In this document: piece after piece, positions 1 through 14,139 of the stretch | Layout of the letters: each line of letters starts with the position of its first letter | Numbering within the stretch: position 1 is the stretch's first letter | From: Octopus vulgaris | Lineage: Eukaryota | Direction of reading: 5' to 3' | DNA: 64,000 nt | Assembly: GCA_951406725.2 (NCBI GenBank) | Contig: OX597837.1 | Location: 43,028,001 to 43,092,000, forward strand | Translations under genes and position numbers: made by a program | The notes under the pieces: generated by a model | Database searches by the model: none | Told to the model about the DNA's origin: nothing | The model's input: only the letters and a program-made list of their open reading frames with translations

Positions 1-488
1 TTCGCAGGAGACAGATAAAAGTCGACCTCGGCGGAATTTGAACACAGAATGTAAAGACAGACGAAATACATATTTCTTTATTGCCCACAAGGGGCTAAAC
101 ACAGAGAGGACAAACAAGGACAGACAAACGGATTAAGTCGATTATATCGACCCCAGTGCGTAACTGGTACTTAATTTATCGACCCCGAAAGGATGAAAGG
201 CAAAGTGGACCTCGGCGGAATTTGAACACAGAACGTAACGGCAGAGGAAATACCTATTTCTTTACTACCCACAAGGGGCTAAACACAGAGGGGACAAACA
301 AGGACAGACAAACGGATTAAGTCGATTACATTGACTCCAGTGCGTAACTGGTACCTAATTTATCGACCCCGAAAGGATGAAAGGCAAAGTCGACCTCGGC
401 GGAATTTGAATTCAGAACGTAACGGCAGACGAAATAATGCTACGCATTTCGCCAGGAGTGCTACAGATTCTGCCAGCACGCCGTCTTA
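1..488 (-). mobile_element. SINE family A (tRNA-like head), tandem array of ~184-bp units, runs off window start
   Basis: Reverse complement has the head AAG(G/A)CGGCG(A/T)GCTGGCAGAA and a B-box-like GAATTCAAATTCC. The body (GAGGTCGACTTTGCCTTTCATCCTTTCGGGGTCGATAAATT..GTACCAG..GCCCCTTGTGGG) repeats ~2.5 times. Same sequence occurs at 16937, 23845 and 39778. Confidence 0.9.
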
Positions 489-502
489 AGAAAATGTGAT
501 AC

Positions 503-783
503 TGGTTTCAAATTTTACCTCAAGGCCAGCAATTTCGAGGTAGGAGATTTAGTTGACTACATCGACCCGGTTTCAAATTTTACCACAGGGCCAGCAATTT
601 CGAGGTAGGAGATTTAGTTGACTACATCGACCACAGCGTGCAACTGGTGCTCATTTTTTTGACCTTGAAAGGGCTGAAAGGCGAAGTCAGCCTCAGCGGA
701 ATTTGAACTCAAAAAAGACGAACGAAATGCTGCTAAGCATTTCGTCCGGCGTGCTAATGATTCTGCCATCTCGCCGCATTAAG
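503..783 (-). mobile_element. Older SINE-A-related copy with internal ~65-bp tandem duplication (503-567 / 569-633)
   Basis: Diverged match to the family A head and core; GGTTTCAAATTTTACC..ACATCGACC present twice. Confidence 0.75.
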
Positions 784-1139
784 ACTATGTAATATCGAAA
801 TGAAGAAAAAATTCCAATGGGGTTTAAAATATAGGGACAAATCTTAGAAGGAATTTTATGCCCTAGAATTAATAGCGAAGTTATTTTGTTTAGATAACGC
901 AGGAGAGTAGGAAAGTAACTAGCCAGGGGCAGTGATTTTTTTGAGCTATAAAATGAGAATAGCTACACACCCACACGTTTGTGAGTGAGTGTGTGTGTGT
1001 GTGTGTGTGTATGTGTGTCTGTGTTAGTGCGTATTTTCACATATAAATAGAGATCGCTTCACTGGGAAAAAAATCGGAAGGAAATTAACTATATGTAAAG
1101 AATCTAGACTCCAAGAAGAAGATGAAAGAATGATATAAA

Positions 1140-1312
1140 TATAATAATAATAATGATAATAATAATAATAATAATAACATTAATAAAAATGACAACAAAA
1201 ACAACAACAATAACGGTAATAATATACATACACATATGTATATGTGTATGTGTGTATAAATGTAGATATATGTATGCATATACATATATGTATACATACA
1301 TATGTATATCTA

Positions 1313-1351
<39 letters not shown>

Positions 1352-1367
1352 ATATATATATATCTAA

Positions 1368-1441
<74 letters not shown>

Positions 1442-1470
1442 ATATATATATATATATATATACGTATATA
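1140..1470. repeat. Compound microsatellite (AAT)n/(AAC)n, (TA)n, (TATC)n
   Basis: Directly visible simple repeats; they explain the low-complexity ORFs here. Confidence 0.95.
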
Positions 1471-2172
1471 GATGCAAATGCTCATATGCATAGTTGCATG
1501 CATTCTGTGCGTTTGAATGTGTAGGAGAGAAATAGGGAGAGAGAGAGAAAGATATGGTGAGAGAATGATGGAAAGAGAGAGAAGAAGAGAGAGTGTGTGT
1601 GTGAGAGAGAGAGAGAGAGTAAGAGAGAAAACGCTAGCGCCATGCGGAAGTAATAAAGAAGCATTAAAAAAAAGGCCTCTAGGTTTTTAGGGGACACGTT
1701 CGTCAATAAATAGCAGTAAAACCACTTACGATCCTCCAGAAAGGTAGATCAAGTCAATAATACAGATAAAAACATGGAATGAAGCTAAAACTAAAGGCAA
1801 AGAATATGAGATATAAAATATATTCTGAAGAACATAAAATGAAATATAAAGGTTGGCTAAGGAGAAGGAATTCTTAGAGTCTAATAGCAGGAACGTATGG
1901 AGCCTCGCAGTAAACGAGAAGGCAAAACTAAGATGGCGATTAATTGGGTTTTAAGGCTTACGGATGTATTGAATAAATTGAAGTATGAGTGATAGGTAAA
2001 ATGGAGAGGACGTATCGGTGTAAGAGTAAAAAGTAGTCAAAAATGTTAGAATTTAGCTAAAAATTTTTATTCAGTGCGTCTATCTCTTTATTCCTTAATT
2101 TGAAGCTTAAACTTCTAAATATTAGGAAGAAATGATTATCTATCTTGTATTAACTATCTGTGAGCATCACGT

Positions 2173-2219
<47 letters not shown>

Positions 2220-2221
<2 letters not shown>

Positions 2222-2385
2222 GTTGTGAGAATTTACAAAAAAAACAACAAAAGACGAAGACGGGTGTGTAAACAACAAACAGATGTATTAGTTTAACGCC
2301 CGGGAAGTGAGAAAGTCTTTTACATTTCGAGTCTACGCTCTTCGACAGAAAGGAACACAAAAATAAACTGGGAGAGAAAATAGTA
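2220..2385 (-). mobile_element. Hammerhead-bearing short repeat, family C (Penelope pLTR/retrozyme-like), 3' end abutting (TA)n
   Basis: Homologous to 50826-51015, 51060-51216 and 53215-53331. Minus strand 2317-2352 reads CUUU-CUGUCGA-A-GAGC-guag-ACUC-GAAA-UGU-A-AAAG. Confidence 0.75.
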
Positions 2386-2510
2386 AATGGAAAGAGAATA
2401 TATATATGTATGTTCACAGACACACTGAAACGCACACACAGACACACAGACACAGACACACACACACATCATATAAGTATATATATATATATACATGTAT
2501 GTATGTATGT

Positions 2511-2852
2511 ATGAATGCATTTGCAAAGTCCATTCCAGAAGTTTGTAAACATTTTCAGGAGAGACATTTATCAATTTCAAAGAAGTGCAAAATTCTAATC
2601 CCCTTCAAAGTAGGTGTCTCTGAGTTCAGTGCACTTGTTGTAGCGATCTTCCATATACTTCGTGAAGGTCCCATGGAACTCCCCCGAAGTGAAGCCTGTC
2701 TAGGATTCTTGTCATAAGCGCCTTCCTTCGTCTTCTCTTTGAGCCAGAAGCGGAACCAAAATTTACATGGAACATGCTCTAGGCTGTATGGAGGGTGAAG
2801 TGCAGTTTTGAAGCCCTTCTCTGCCAAGTAGTGGCGTACAAGGATAGAACTG
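2511..2852 (-). pseudogene. mariner transposase C-terminal remnant with degenerate 3' end
   Basis: Minus-strand peptide SSILVRHYLAEKGFKTALHPPYSLEHVPCKFWFRFWLKE resembles the mariner HPPYSPDLAPxDFxLFxxLK motif. A second frame gives FHGTFTKYMEDRYNKCTELRDTYFEGD*, a typical mariner C-terminus. Confidence 0.8.
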
Positions 2853-2868
2853 ATGGAGAGAAAAGTAT

Positions 2869-3035
<167 letters not shown>

Positions 3036-3171
3036 TCGTTTACATATATCGGACCCATTTTAGGAGAAACTATTTAGGATAAATAACTACACACATTATA
3101 TTTGTTCCGTTTGAATGTTGCCATTGTTTTACACCCTCACAAGCTGTATATAACAGTTACAAGACCAACCT

Positions 3172-3172
3172 G

Positions 3173-3264
<92 letters not shown>

Positions 3265-3272
3265 ACTACCTT

Positions 3273-3304
<32 letters not shown>

Positions 3305-3305
3305 C

Positions 3306-3362
<57 letters not shown>

Positions 3363-3560
3363 CCTACATACATACATGCGTACATACATACGTAGATACG
3401 TATATACGTACATACACACACACATATATACATACATACATATACATACATACATACATACACACATACGTACATACATACATACATACATACATACATA
3501 CATACATACATACATACATACACACACACATATATATATGTATGACACACCACACACACA
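3172..3560. repeat. (TATC)n, (TA)n and (TACA)n microsatellites
   Basis: Directly visible. Confidence 0.95.
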
Positions 3561-3974
3561 AATATACGAAAAAGAGAGAGAACGTAATATGGAAGTGATT
3601 TAGAAATAACTACATTCGTAGAACTCAGCTTAGTTGAATATTCTCTGTCGACCAACGCAGCCATTCATTTGCCATTATTCCACCGCAGTAAGACATCTCT
3701 GGAAGAGTTAAAGTCGCTATTTTCGAAAATAACTTTCACCACCAAACAAACAAAAGTGACACCGTCTGTCATAGACGTATGTAAATGTACACAAATATAA
3801 ATATATTATGTATAAATATAAGTTATGAAATAAAGAAATATTTATTTACGACGTGTCAACAGGAAGCCATAACTTTCTACTTGCTGTCACCATATACATT
3901 TCCGTTAGGAATTCGGAATGGCAGAGAGTTACGAAAATAATATTTAATAACTATGTTTGGCTGTGTACTTTCAG

Positions 3975-4081
3975 GTGAGGAAGTCGGCATTGCTTGTGTA
4001 TTGGGTGTTAAAAATCTCAGCAATGCTAAATGGGGAATTCAGATTAAAATTATATGCTTTCAATATGAAGCTAAAAGTTTG
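3975..4081 (+). other. Possible internal exon (107 bp) of an unidentified host transcript
   Basis: Acceptor-like TGTGTACTTTCAG before 3975 and strong donor TTG|GTAAGT after 4081. Two frames are open (e.g. EEVGIACVLGVKNLSNAKWGIQIKIICFQYEAKSL). No recognisable homology. Confidence 0.25.
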
Positions 4082-4149
4082 GTAAGTGTCGATAGCATCT
4101 GAGCAGACGTTTTTACCCTGAAAACACGAACATACATACATCATTAAGA

Positions 4150-4850
<701 letters not shown>

Positions 4851-5025
4851 GCATATGTGTGTTTGTGCGTAGTGTATGAATATGTGTGCTTGTGTCTCCG
4901 CGTGCGTGCGTGTGTAAGACAAAGAATTCATGTTTCACCTATTGAAAAAAATAGCGTCTAAGTGTTTGGTGCTTTCCACAATAAACAATGCTTGTCAGCG
5001 CTATTTATTGTTATTATTGTTATTG

Positions 5026-5088
<63 letters not shown>

Positions 5089-5489
5089 CGTTTTTGTTGT
5101 TGTTGTTGCCTTTGTTTAATACAAACTGTTGCAACTCTCATCCGGGCACCTCACCTAACCACCAAGCTGGACGTCTTACTGTAGGTGTTATTTATGAGGG
5201 AAATGGCGACCAGACAATAAGATTTAAGATTCCGTTAAAAGGTTGTAATATTTGCAATTTCGAAAGATTTAAAAAGAGTCAGATATCCTCAAGTCGATCG
5301 TGCTTTCCTTCGGATACACGCTGTACTCCTCATGATAATAATGTTTTGTGATTCTGGTACTTATAGCTCCCTGGCATTTCACCATAGAATTCAAGAGTGC
5401 TTTTAGTATTATCCTGAAGGCTCTGGTGACCGCATGTTAGACCTGTCGTTCTTAAATGCCACATTTTGAGACCTTTATTTTAAGGTCTT

Positions 5490-5630
5490 TCTCTCTTTAC
5501 TCTTTTACTTGTTTCAGTCATTTGACTGTGGCCATGCTGGAGCACTGCCTTTTAGTCGAGTAAATCGATCCCAGGACTTATTCTTTATAAGCCTAGTACC
5601 TATTCTATCGATCTCATTTGCTGAACCACT
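5490..5630 (-). mobile_element. SINE family B, 3' fragment
   Basis: Matches the 3' part (..GGTGCTCCAGCATGGCCACAGTCAAATGACTGAAACAAGTAAAAGAG) of the full copies at 32397, 37411 and 47118. Confidence 0.85.
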
Positions 5631-5634
5631 AAAA

Positions 5635-5785
5635 TAAGTACTCAGCTCGTACTTATTTTATCGACCCCAGAAAGATGACAGGCAAAGTCGATCTCGGCGG
5701 AATTTGAACTTAGAACGTTAAGACGGACGAAATGCCGCTCATCCTCTTGCCCGGCGTGCTAACGATTCTGCCAACTCGCCAACTT
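5635..5785 (-). mobile_element. SINE family A, partial copy
   Basis: Head and core match family A. Confidence 0.8.
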
Positions 5786-6129
5786 CGAGTTCACAACATA
5801 TTAACAGAAACATTACCAAACAACAACATTTACGAATCAAGAAAAATTCACAACTTCACAGAAAAGTAACAGTGGTATATATATTGTTATAACAACGATA
5901 AAAACAAGAATTACTGTTATCTCTGTTTTCAACATCACAAGTCTTTCCAAAATACAATTAAATATAAGCAATTCACGTAATGTAATCTTTCTAAATGTGA
6001 CGTAAGAACTCCACAATTTATGCTCTGTATATAACAATAACGGCATTAAAAACACTTTTATACTACCAAAATATTTTAATCATCACCGACAAGAGTCGTC
6101 GTCTGTGTGTCTGTCTTTCTGTCTATCTG

Positions 6130-6420
6130 TCTTCTTCTTCTTCTTCTTCTTCTTCTTCTTCTTCTTTTTCTTCTTCCACTTCCTCCACCTCCTTCCTCCT
6201 CCGCTTCCTTCCCCCTCCTCCTCATCCCCTTTCCTCCCCCTCTTGATCCTCCTCATCCACTTCTTCTCGTCTCCTCCTCCTCCCCCTCCTCCTCCTCCTC
6301 CTCCTCCTCCTCCCCTTCTCCGCCTTCTCCCCCTCCTCCTCCACCTGCTGCTTCTCCTCTTCTTCCTCCTTCTCATCCACTCCCTTCTCCTCCTCCTCCT
6401 ACTCCTCTTCTTCTTTCTCC
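6130..6420. repeat. (CTT)n/(CCT)n polypyrimidine tract
   Basis: Directly visible. Confidence 0.9.
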
Positions 6421-6808
6421 TTCTGTTACCTTTTTTTAGTAGCTATACAGTAGAGACCACCAGAGCGGAAAGGGCTCCTTAACCTTACAACGTTCAATAA
6501 ATACACGAACCGTAACGCCGACCTCGACACGTAACTAAAAATCACGACTCGTTATGCTTCACACTCGACAAAAAAACACCCTACCCAACACTAATCACAT
6601 AACGACTCCGAACGTGACGCTATTGACAACCTATTGTCTGAAGCAGACGTTACATACATTTGTCTGGCGCAGACGATACCATCCAGAATATCGAAAGACA
6701 TTTTATTGCTTCTGAAAGCACCGAACGCTCACTATTGAATATCGGCAATCTTTATCTCTCCTATTGGGTGAGATTATTTGTTATATGTTTGCTAGTTTAA
6801 TTTTTTGT

Positions 6809-6812
<4 letters not shown>

Positions 6813-6895
<83 letters not shown>

Positions 6896-6929
6896 CATCT
6901 ATGTATATATGTATATATATATATGTATG

Positions 6930-6983
<54 letters not shown>

Positions 6984-7117
6984 TGTGTATGTGTGTGAAT
7001 ATATATATATATTTACATATGTGCTTATGAAGTTGTATACATAAACATAGATATATATTTGTATATATATATATATTTGGATACATATATGTTTGTATAT
7101 ATATGTGTGTGTGTATG

Positions 7118-7162
<45 letters not shown>

Positions 7163-7390
7163 TTACGTACCTGCATATATACATCCATGCATGTATATAT
7201 ACACATACGTATATAATATATCTATACAGACATATATGTATGTGTGTATACGTACACACTCACACACACACACACAAACAAATATACACATATGCATACA
7301 CACACACACACATACATACATACATACATACATACATACATACATACATACATACATACATACATACATACATACATAAGTATATATATA
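6813..7390. repeat. (TA)n/(TG)n/(TACA)n compound microsatellite
   Basis: Directly visible. Confidence 0.95.
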
Positions 7391-8694
7391 TGTACTTATA
7401 TCCAATATAATAGACAACAATTTGGTGCTAAAGTCTTCATTTCTCTCTGGAATTATTGAGTTTGAATTGAATAGCTTTTTCGCATTTTAGCAGGATTTCG
7501 CTTGTTTTAGAGAATTCTTCGTTAAGTTAATCGATTCTTTAGGTTTCTTTAGGTTTGTAGATGCGGAAATGTGCCATAATAGTATAATACAATAGAAAAG
7601 GACAGCAAGCAACGGTATTCTTCCTTACGGGTCTCCATTCTTCGAATCACCCTATGTTCATAGAAACAACGGCGATATCTTTCGGAAATTTATATTGCTT
7701 TTTATTGTTGGAGTAAATTGTCAGTGTTGTTAGTTTTTTTATATATGCAAGTAGTAGTCATATGTTGGTAACGCATATGTCTACGTATGTACTTATGTAC
7801 TATGTAAGTGTATGGCTATATATATATGTATGGATGTGTGTATACACGTACATCTGTATGTTGGACATGTATATGCAGGGGTGTGCTTTATTTATATATG
7901 CACGTATGTATATGTGCGTTTCTAGGCATCTATGTATATGTATATATGTATTCATTTTTTTATGTAGACATGCAGTGATATATATATATATATATATATA
8001 TATTTATGCATGCATGTGTGTAGATTGGTCCGTACGTGCGTATATATGTATGCTTATAAGTATGTATATATGAGGGTGATTGCGATATCGGAAACGATCG
8101 AACAGTTAGAGCGCACAAGGTGATTGTTATTTTGTGAAGATCATTGACTAAGGGACATTATTATTCTTTTGTTATTGTTGTTGCTAAGGTGACCTTTGCT
8201 CATGTTGTTATTTATTTACTTATGTTTCTCATTTTGCTTCGTTCGATTCCTTTCATAACAAGCTCTTACTCTTCTTCCCGAGTATTCGGTAAAAAAAATA
8301 GAGTACCATTATACCAATGGCATACTCTTGTTGATTTATTCAACCATAATAATCTTCCAAATTTGAAGTCTTTTACATTTGTTAAGAAATTAATCCTTTT
8401 TATTATTGTAGTGGGATGCAGCGCAGGCAATGTTCCTGTGTCTAGTGACAACGGTAAATGTGTTCTACGGTGAACGAGGTCGAAAGGAGCTGAGGACAGA
8501 CACCTCCCTCTTCAGTCAAGCCAGCATCTTCTTTTTAAAGTTTCACTGGTAAAAGGAAATGAGGGTGGACATAAACATGATCTAAACAGATACTAAACAG
8601 GACCCAAAACGGATACATCTGCTCAGTGAAACACAGGGGTAGATCTAATCGACTGGCACCCTCTCCCAAACTTCAGGCCTTGTGCTAAAGATTA

Positions 8695-9470
8695 TTGCTG
8701 TTGTTGTTGTTATTGTTGTTGTTGTTATTATTTTTATTACACATCCTCCCATCGACAGTATCTTCTTCGTGATCGTCGTCGTCGTCGTCGTCGTCGTTCT
8801 TCTCCTTCTTCTTCTTTTTCTTCTTCTTCTTCTTCTTCTTCTTCTTCTTCTTCTTCTTCTTCTTCTTCCTCCTCCTCTCACCTTCTTCCCGTCTCACCTT
8901 CTTCCCGTCTCACCTTCTTCCTCTTCCTCATCATCATTATCTTCCCCTTCATCATCATCATCATCTTTACTGTGTCATTTTTAACTGTTGCTGCTGCTGT
9001 TGTTTTTGTTTTTGTTGTTGTTCTTCTTCTCACCACTACCACTACCACTACCACCACTACCACCGTCATCCTCCACCTCCTCATCATCGTCATCGTCGTC
9101 CTCCTCTTCCTCCTCCTCCTCCTCCTCGTCATCATCATCATCATCATCATCGTCATCATCATCATCATCATCATCATCATCGTCATCGTCATCGTCATCC
9201 TCATCATCATCGTCATCGTCGTCGTCGTCCTCGTCCTCCTCCTCGTCCTCCTCCTCCTCCTCCTCCTTGTCCTCCTCCTCCTCCTCCTCGTCATCATCAT
9301 CATCATCATCATCATTATAATCAACATAATCATCATCGTCATCATCATCGTCATCCTCATCATCATCGTCATCGTCGTCGTCGTCCTCCTCCTCCTCCTC
9401 CTCGTCCTCCTCCTCCTCCTCCTCATCATCATCATCCTCATCATCACCATCATCATCATCATCATCATTG
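8695..9470. repeat. Compound trinucleotide array (GTT, GTC, CTT, CAT, CCT)
   Basis: Directly visible; source of the poly-D/E/S/M pseudo-ORFs. Confidence 0.95.
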
Positions 9471-9825
9471 TAGTTATTCATAGTCAATCTTTCAAGCTAC
9501 TAAGCTAGTTAGAAAAAAAAAGCAAAAAAAAAAAGCACATTTCTGAGGATGAAACGGAAAAAAAAATCTAACAGCAAAATTCAAAAAGGCCAATTAAAAA
9601 GCAATCTGAAAGAGCGAGATATTTAAACTTTACATCAAAAGTTGGTGTCTGCAATGTTTATTTCCATTTGCTTTTCGCTTCGTGTTATGTGTTTGTATCT
9701 ATTTACCTTATTTACTTTGAAACGAAGTCGAAATATTTAGTTGTAACGTGGCTCAATTGTTGGGGAGGAAACCTAGACGTTCGCTAATTAGAAATAAACA
9801 CCACGTATAAATAAAAAAAATTTAG

Positions 9826-10224
9826 AGACACAGGCGTGGCTGTGTGGTAAGAAGTTTGCTTCCCAGCCACGTGGTTCCTGGTTCCGGGTTCAGTCCCACT
9901 GCATGGCACCTTGCGCAAGTGTCTTCTACTCTGGCCTCAGGCGGATCGAAGCCTTGTGAGTGGATTTGGTAGACGGAAACTGAAAGAAGCCCGTCGTGTA
10001 TATATGCATACATATGTATGTATTTGTGTCTGTGTTTGTCCCCCACCGCCACTTGATAGCTAGTTTTGGTGTGTTCACGTCCTTGTAACGTAGCGGTCCG
10101 GCAAAAGGAATCGATTGAGTAAGTACTAGGCTTAAAGAATAAGTCCTGGGGGCGATGTGTTCGACTAAAACTCTTCAAGGAGTTGCCCTAGCATGGCCGC
10201 AATGAAATGAGTGAAGCAAGTAAA

Positions 10225-10227
<3 letters not shown>
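9826..10227 (+). mobile_element. SINE family B, full length (tRNA-like head, CORE-like ACCTTG(G/C)GCAAGT segment)
   Basis: Head CAGGCGTGGCTGTGTGGTAAG..GGGTTCAGTCCC (A/B boxes), body GTGGATTTGGTAGACGGAAACTGAAAGAAGCCCGTC, tail AAGTAAAAGA. Confidence 0.85.
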
Positions 10228-10256
<29 letters not shown>

Positions 10257-10258
<2 letters not shown>

Positions 10259-10413
10259 CGGGCTTCTTTCAGTTTCCGTCTACCAAATCTACTTACAAGG
10301 CTTTGGTCAGTCCGAGGGTATAGTAGAAGACACATGCCCAAGGTGCCACGCAGTGGGACTGAACACGGAACCATGTCGTTGGTAAGCAAGCCACTTACCA
10401 CACAGCCACTCCT
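10257..10413 (-). mobile_element. SINE family B, 5' half, inverted relative to the adjacent copy
   Basis: Reverse complement of the family B head and body. Confidence 0.85.
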
Positions 10414-10601
10414 TATGATTTGTATAGTTCCGATAAAATCCTTTATGCTAAACCAGCAAGCAGTAAGGTTCCACGATATATTCACGACCCGCTACCTAGC
10501 GAGTAACATTGCGAGCAATATTTTCAACAAATGGCGTCGTATTAGTGAAAATACAATTGCATAGAGTTTGTACTGCGCAACAAATGATGACGAGGAAAAC
10601 G

Positions 10602-10636
<35 letters not shown>

Positions 10637-10955
10637 AAACATCTTTACCGAACCTAAAATTGTTCAGGTGTTAATTCTATTATACTTTCGGAGTTTATTC
10701 TTCAGGTACCGTATCTCTACGTTGATGTTTGATTGGTATTTTTCTTGTAATAAAACTCAAGAGTTTTACCACTACCGTTAATTCAGTTAACTTACGTTAA
10801 TCTAGTTTTCATCTAGTTTTATATACTATGGAATCGCTGTTTACCAATGTTTTCCTGTCTACTTTGGTTTCAGGGAGTGAGTTTTAATGAACCGTAACAT
10901 CTCTTTATTATTAATGCTTGGCAACCTACGAGAAGCCAGTCAATCTCTCACCCTG

Positions 10956-11050
<95 letters not shown>

Positions 11051-11103
11051 GCTGCCTACCTACCTACCTACCTACCTACCTACCTACCTACCTACCTACC
11101 TAC

Positions 11104-11169
<66 letters not shown>

Positions 11170-11333
11170 GTTCCTGTCTAAAGTTGAATTAAATATTCTA
11201 TTTTAAAGTTATCGCATACCTGGATATCATACACAAATACATGCGTACACACACAAAAACACACGCACACACATATTTATATATACCTACATCATGTACC
11301 TGTATATACACACAGATATATATATATACATAT

Positions 11334-11383
<50 letters not shown>

Positions 11384-11391
11384 CAAAACAC

Positions 11392-11451
<60 letters not shown>

Positions 11452-11789
11452 GTATATAAATATAACCTTTTTTCACATTTATGTATATATACATATATGT
11501 ATACATACAAATATATACACGCACATACGCATACATGCGCATACATATAAAGTGAAAAAGTGACCCAGAGACAGAAATTGGATATAAACATTGTTCATTT
11601 ATACTTAAAGGTTGTAATCTGAGCAAGTTTTAGTATTTTCACTCTATTAAAACTCAATTAGTTTATATTACCATTCTACAACGGAATGGCATTGTTCCAG
11701 AGAAAAGAAATTGGTTACAAAGGCTCGCTTGGGTGTTACATAAACACGTTCACAACACGCATACTACACTATATATACATAAATATATA

Positions 11790-12000
11790 TAGTCAATAAT
11801 AATAAGGGTAAAAAATTAATTAATTAATTAATTAATTAGTAATTAATAATTTTACCAAGCAGTGTTCAGTATGTAAAAGGACCATTTACGGTAAATATAA
11901 ACATTACTTTATATAATAAGGGTTCAGCAAAAAAAGTTGCTTTACCACATACCGAACTTTTAGAAATAGCAGCCAAAGAATTTAGCTATTTCCTCTACTA
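11790..12000 (-). mobile_element. Short AT-rich repeat (family F) with degenerate hammerhead-like fold
   Basis: Homologous to 14847-15005. Minus strand reads GUAGA-G-GAAAUAGC-loop-GCUAUUUC-UAAA-AGUUC-GGUAUG: an 8-bp stem II, but the GAAA box reads UAAA. Confidence 0.45.
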
Positions 12001-12244
12001 TAAGAAGAATCTCCCAGACAATGTATATTCAAATTTATATTCAGAAGATGTAACATTATTAGATTTTATTAACTGCAAAATGTCAACATTATTCTCTTAA
12101 AGGCGTTTCGATTTTGCCCAAAGAATTAAATTCCAGTTATTAAAATATTTTATTAGGCAAAATTCTTATCAGAGGAGTAGGAAAGATACATCGTTAGGTT
12201 ATTAGATGTTATTCTTCCCAAAACATCTTAATAGAGAAGTTTTG

Positions 12245-12465
12245 GACGTGTGTGATTGCATTTGCCTCCCACCACCGGTTGAAAATCGGTGTTGGTGTGT
12301 TTACGTCCCTATAAATTAGTGGTTCGGCAAAAGAAACTGAGAGAATAATTTCTAAGTTTAAAAATAAAATAAAAATTACATGGGTCGAATCATTCTACTA
12401 AGAATTCTTCAAGGTGGTGCCCCAGTATGGCCGCAGTCAAATGTCTAAAACAAATAAAAGCTAAA
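12245..12465 (+). mobile_element. SINE family B, decayed 3' part
   Basis: GGTGTGTTTACGTCCC..GGTTCGGCAAAAGA..GGTGGTGCCCCAGTATGGCCGCAGTCAAATG. Confidence 0.7.
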
Positions 12466-13151
12466 CAATAAAAAAAAATATTTGTTTATTTTTTAAGAAA
12501 CCAGTTTTATTTTTCGAAATAATATTTAAAATTTTATTATCAGATTAGTTAAAGTGTTTAACATATTTTCAACATAAAAATCAAATTTAATCTTTATTTC
12601 TCCCGCAAAATCTAAAGCTTCTCGTCTGTATAAGAAGCTCTATATTTTTAAAGTCTTGATTTTCTTTATCAGTTTGTAACTAGTTTAATGATCCGTCATC
12701 CGGCTAATTATGTTTAGAAAAACATTTTTTTAGCATATTTGAAACATTTACAGATTTTATATATATTTTGGGTCACTTATTTGTTATAAAAAATTTTCGA
12801 GAATTAAGCATTAAATGATAATATTAAATAAGTAATATCTTAAATGAAGTAGACAGCTTCTATTCAGATTTTATTTCGTGGCAATATACTGAGAAAAAGA
12901 TACAAAGGGGGAATGACTATAAAAATATTTGAGAATAAATTCTGGTTCAAAATGGCTGACGACTTGTGGGCGTTAGATATACGCACACGTACAGGAATAG
13001 ATAAAACAATGCAAAAATGTTTTTGATGGCCGTCTCGACAGTAGGGGAAGTCATGGCTATAGGCGCGGGCAAGACTATATGTTTTAGAAACTTGCTTCGC
13101 TGCTATGTAGTTTTAAGTTTAGTCTCAGCGCGCGGCACCAAGAGTAAGTAT

Positions 13152-13400
13152 GTACCTACTCGAGCCATGCCAGGCTCATAAGGGCCGGTTTCCCGGTTTC
13201 AGTGGCGTAGAAATTGCCCGCCTGGACAGGACGCCGGTCCATCGCAGGATTACTCATTTTTGCCAGCTGAGTGGACTGGAGCAAGGTGAAATGAAGTATT
13301 TTGCTCAAGAACACAACGCATCGCCCGATCCAGGAATCGAAACCACAACCTTACGATCATGAGTTCAACACCTTAACCACTAAGCCATGCACCTCCACCT
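13152..13400 (-). mobile_element. tRNA-derived SINE (V-domain-like) with 11-bp target-site duplication
   Basis: Minus strand GGAGGTGCATGGCTTAGTGGTTAAGG..GGTTTCGATTCC..GTGTTCTTGAGCAAAATACTT. Flanked by AGAGTAAGTAT at 13141-13151 and 13401-13411. Confidence 0.85.
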
Positions 13401-13630
13401 AGAGTAAGTATCTTCAACTATAAACCTTGTCTGGCCAATACACTGAGAATAAATTTGGTAGACGGAAACTGTGCGGAAGCCCATGTATACATGTTCATGT
13501 GTTTGTTTTTGTGTCTGCATTTGCCACTTCCACTGCTTGATAAGTGATGTTGGTTTGTGTACGTTTCCGTAACTTGGTATTTTGGCAAAAACCATATCTA
13601 TAAAATTCCATATCTATAAAACAGATTTAA

Positions 13631-13925
13631 CACGTTAACCGTCACGGCTTGTTACTGGAAGTTACCGGTGACGCCACGTATTACGCGCGGTTACACTGCA
13701 TACGGATTAATTACAAGGAAATGTAATTCTTTGCTTCATTTTCACAATATTCCAGAGCTAAACTTTAATATCTAGTACCCATGTCATTTAGATATCTTCA
13801 GAACCATCTCAAAGACACAGAATAAACTATTTTCTCAAAATATGAAAATGTGCCACTGGTGGTGCGCATGGCGTTTGTGTGCAGCTTGCGATGAACCACC
13901 GGTGGTATATGTGACGGTTAAAGTG
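13631..13925. mobile_element. piggyBac-type MITE with TTAA target-site duplication
   Basis: TTAA|CACGTTAACCGTCAC ... GTGACGGTTAAAGTG|TTAA; 15-bp TIRs with one mismatch; no ORF. Confidence 0.8.
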
Positions 13926-14139
13926 TTAAGTACTTGAGTCGCTTTGTCCTCCTAAAACTCTGTATGGCCGCACTCCAGTGACTTCAACACGTAAAAGATA
14001 AATAACTATTGATATCGGAATGCCACAAGATGACAGCGAACAGTGACACTGAACCCGAAATCACGTGGGTACAAAAGGAACTTCTAAACCAAACAACCAC
14101 ATCTGCGCTTATAGACACATGCACAAATAGTAAATATAT

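Larger units (their letters stand above)
13060..14003 (+). mobile_element. Decayed SINE family B interrupted by two nested insertions
   Basis: Family B segments at 13060-13151, 13401-13600 and 13930-14003 are colinear once the inserts are removed. Confidence 0.7.
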
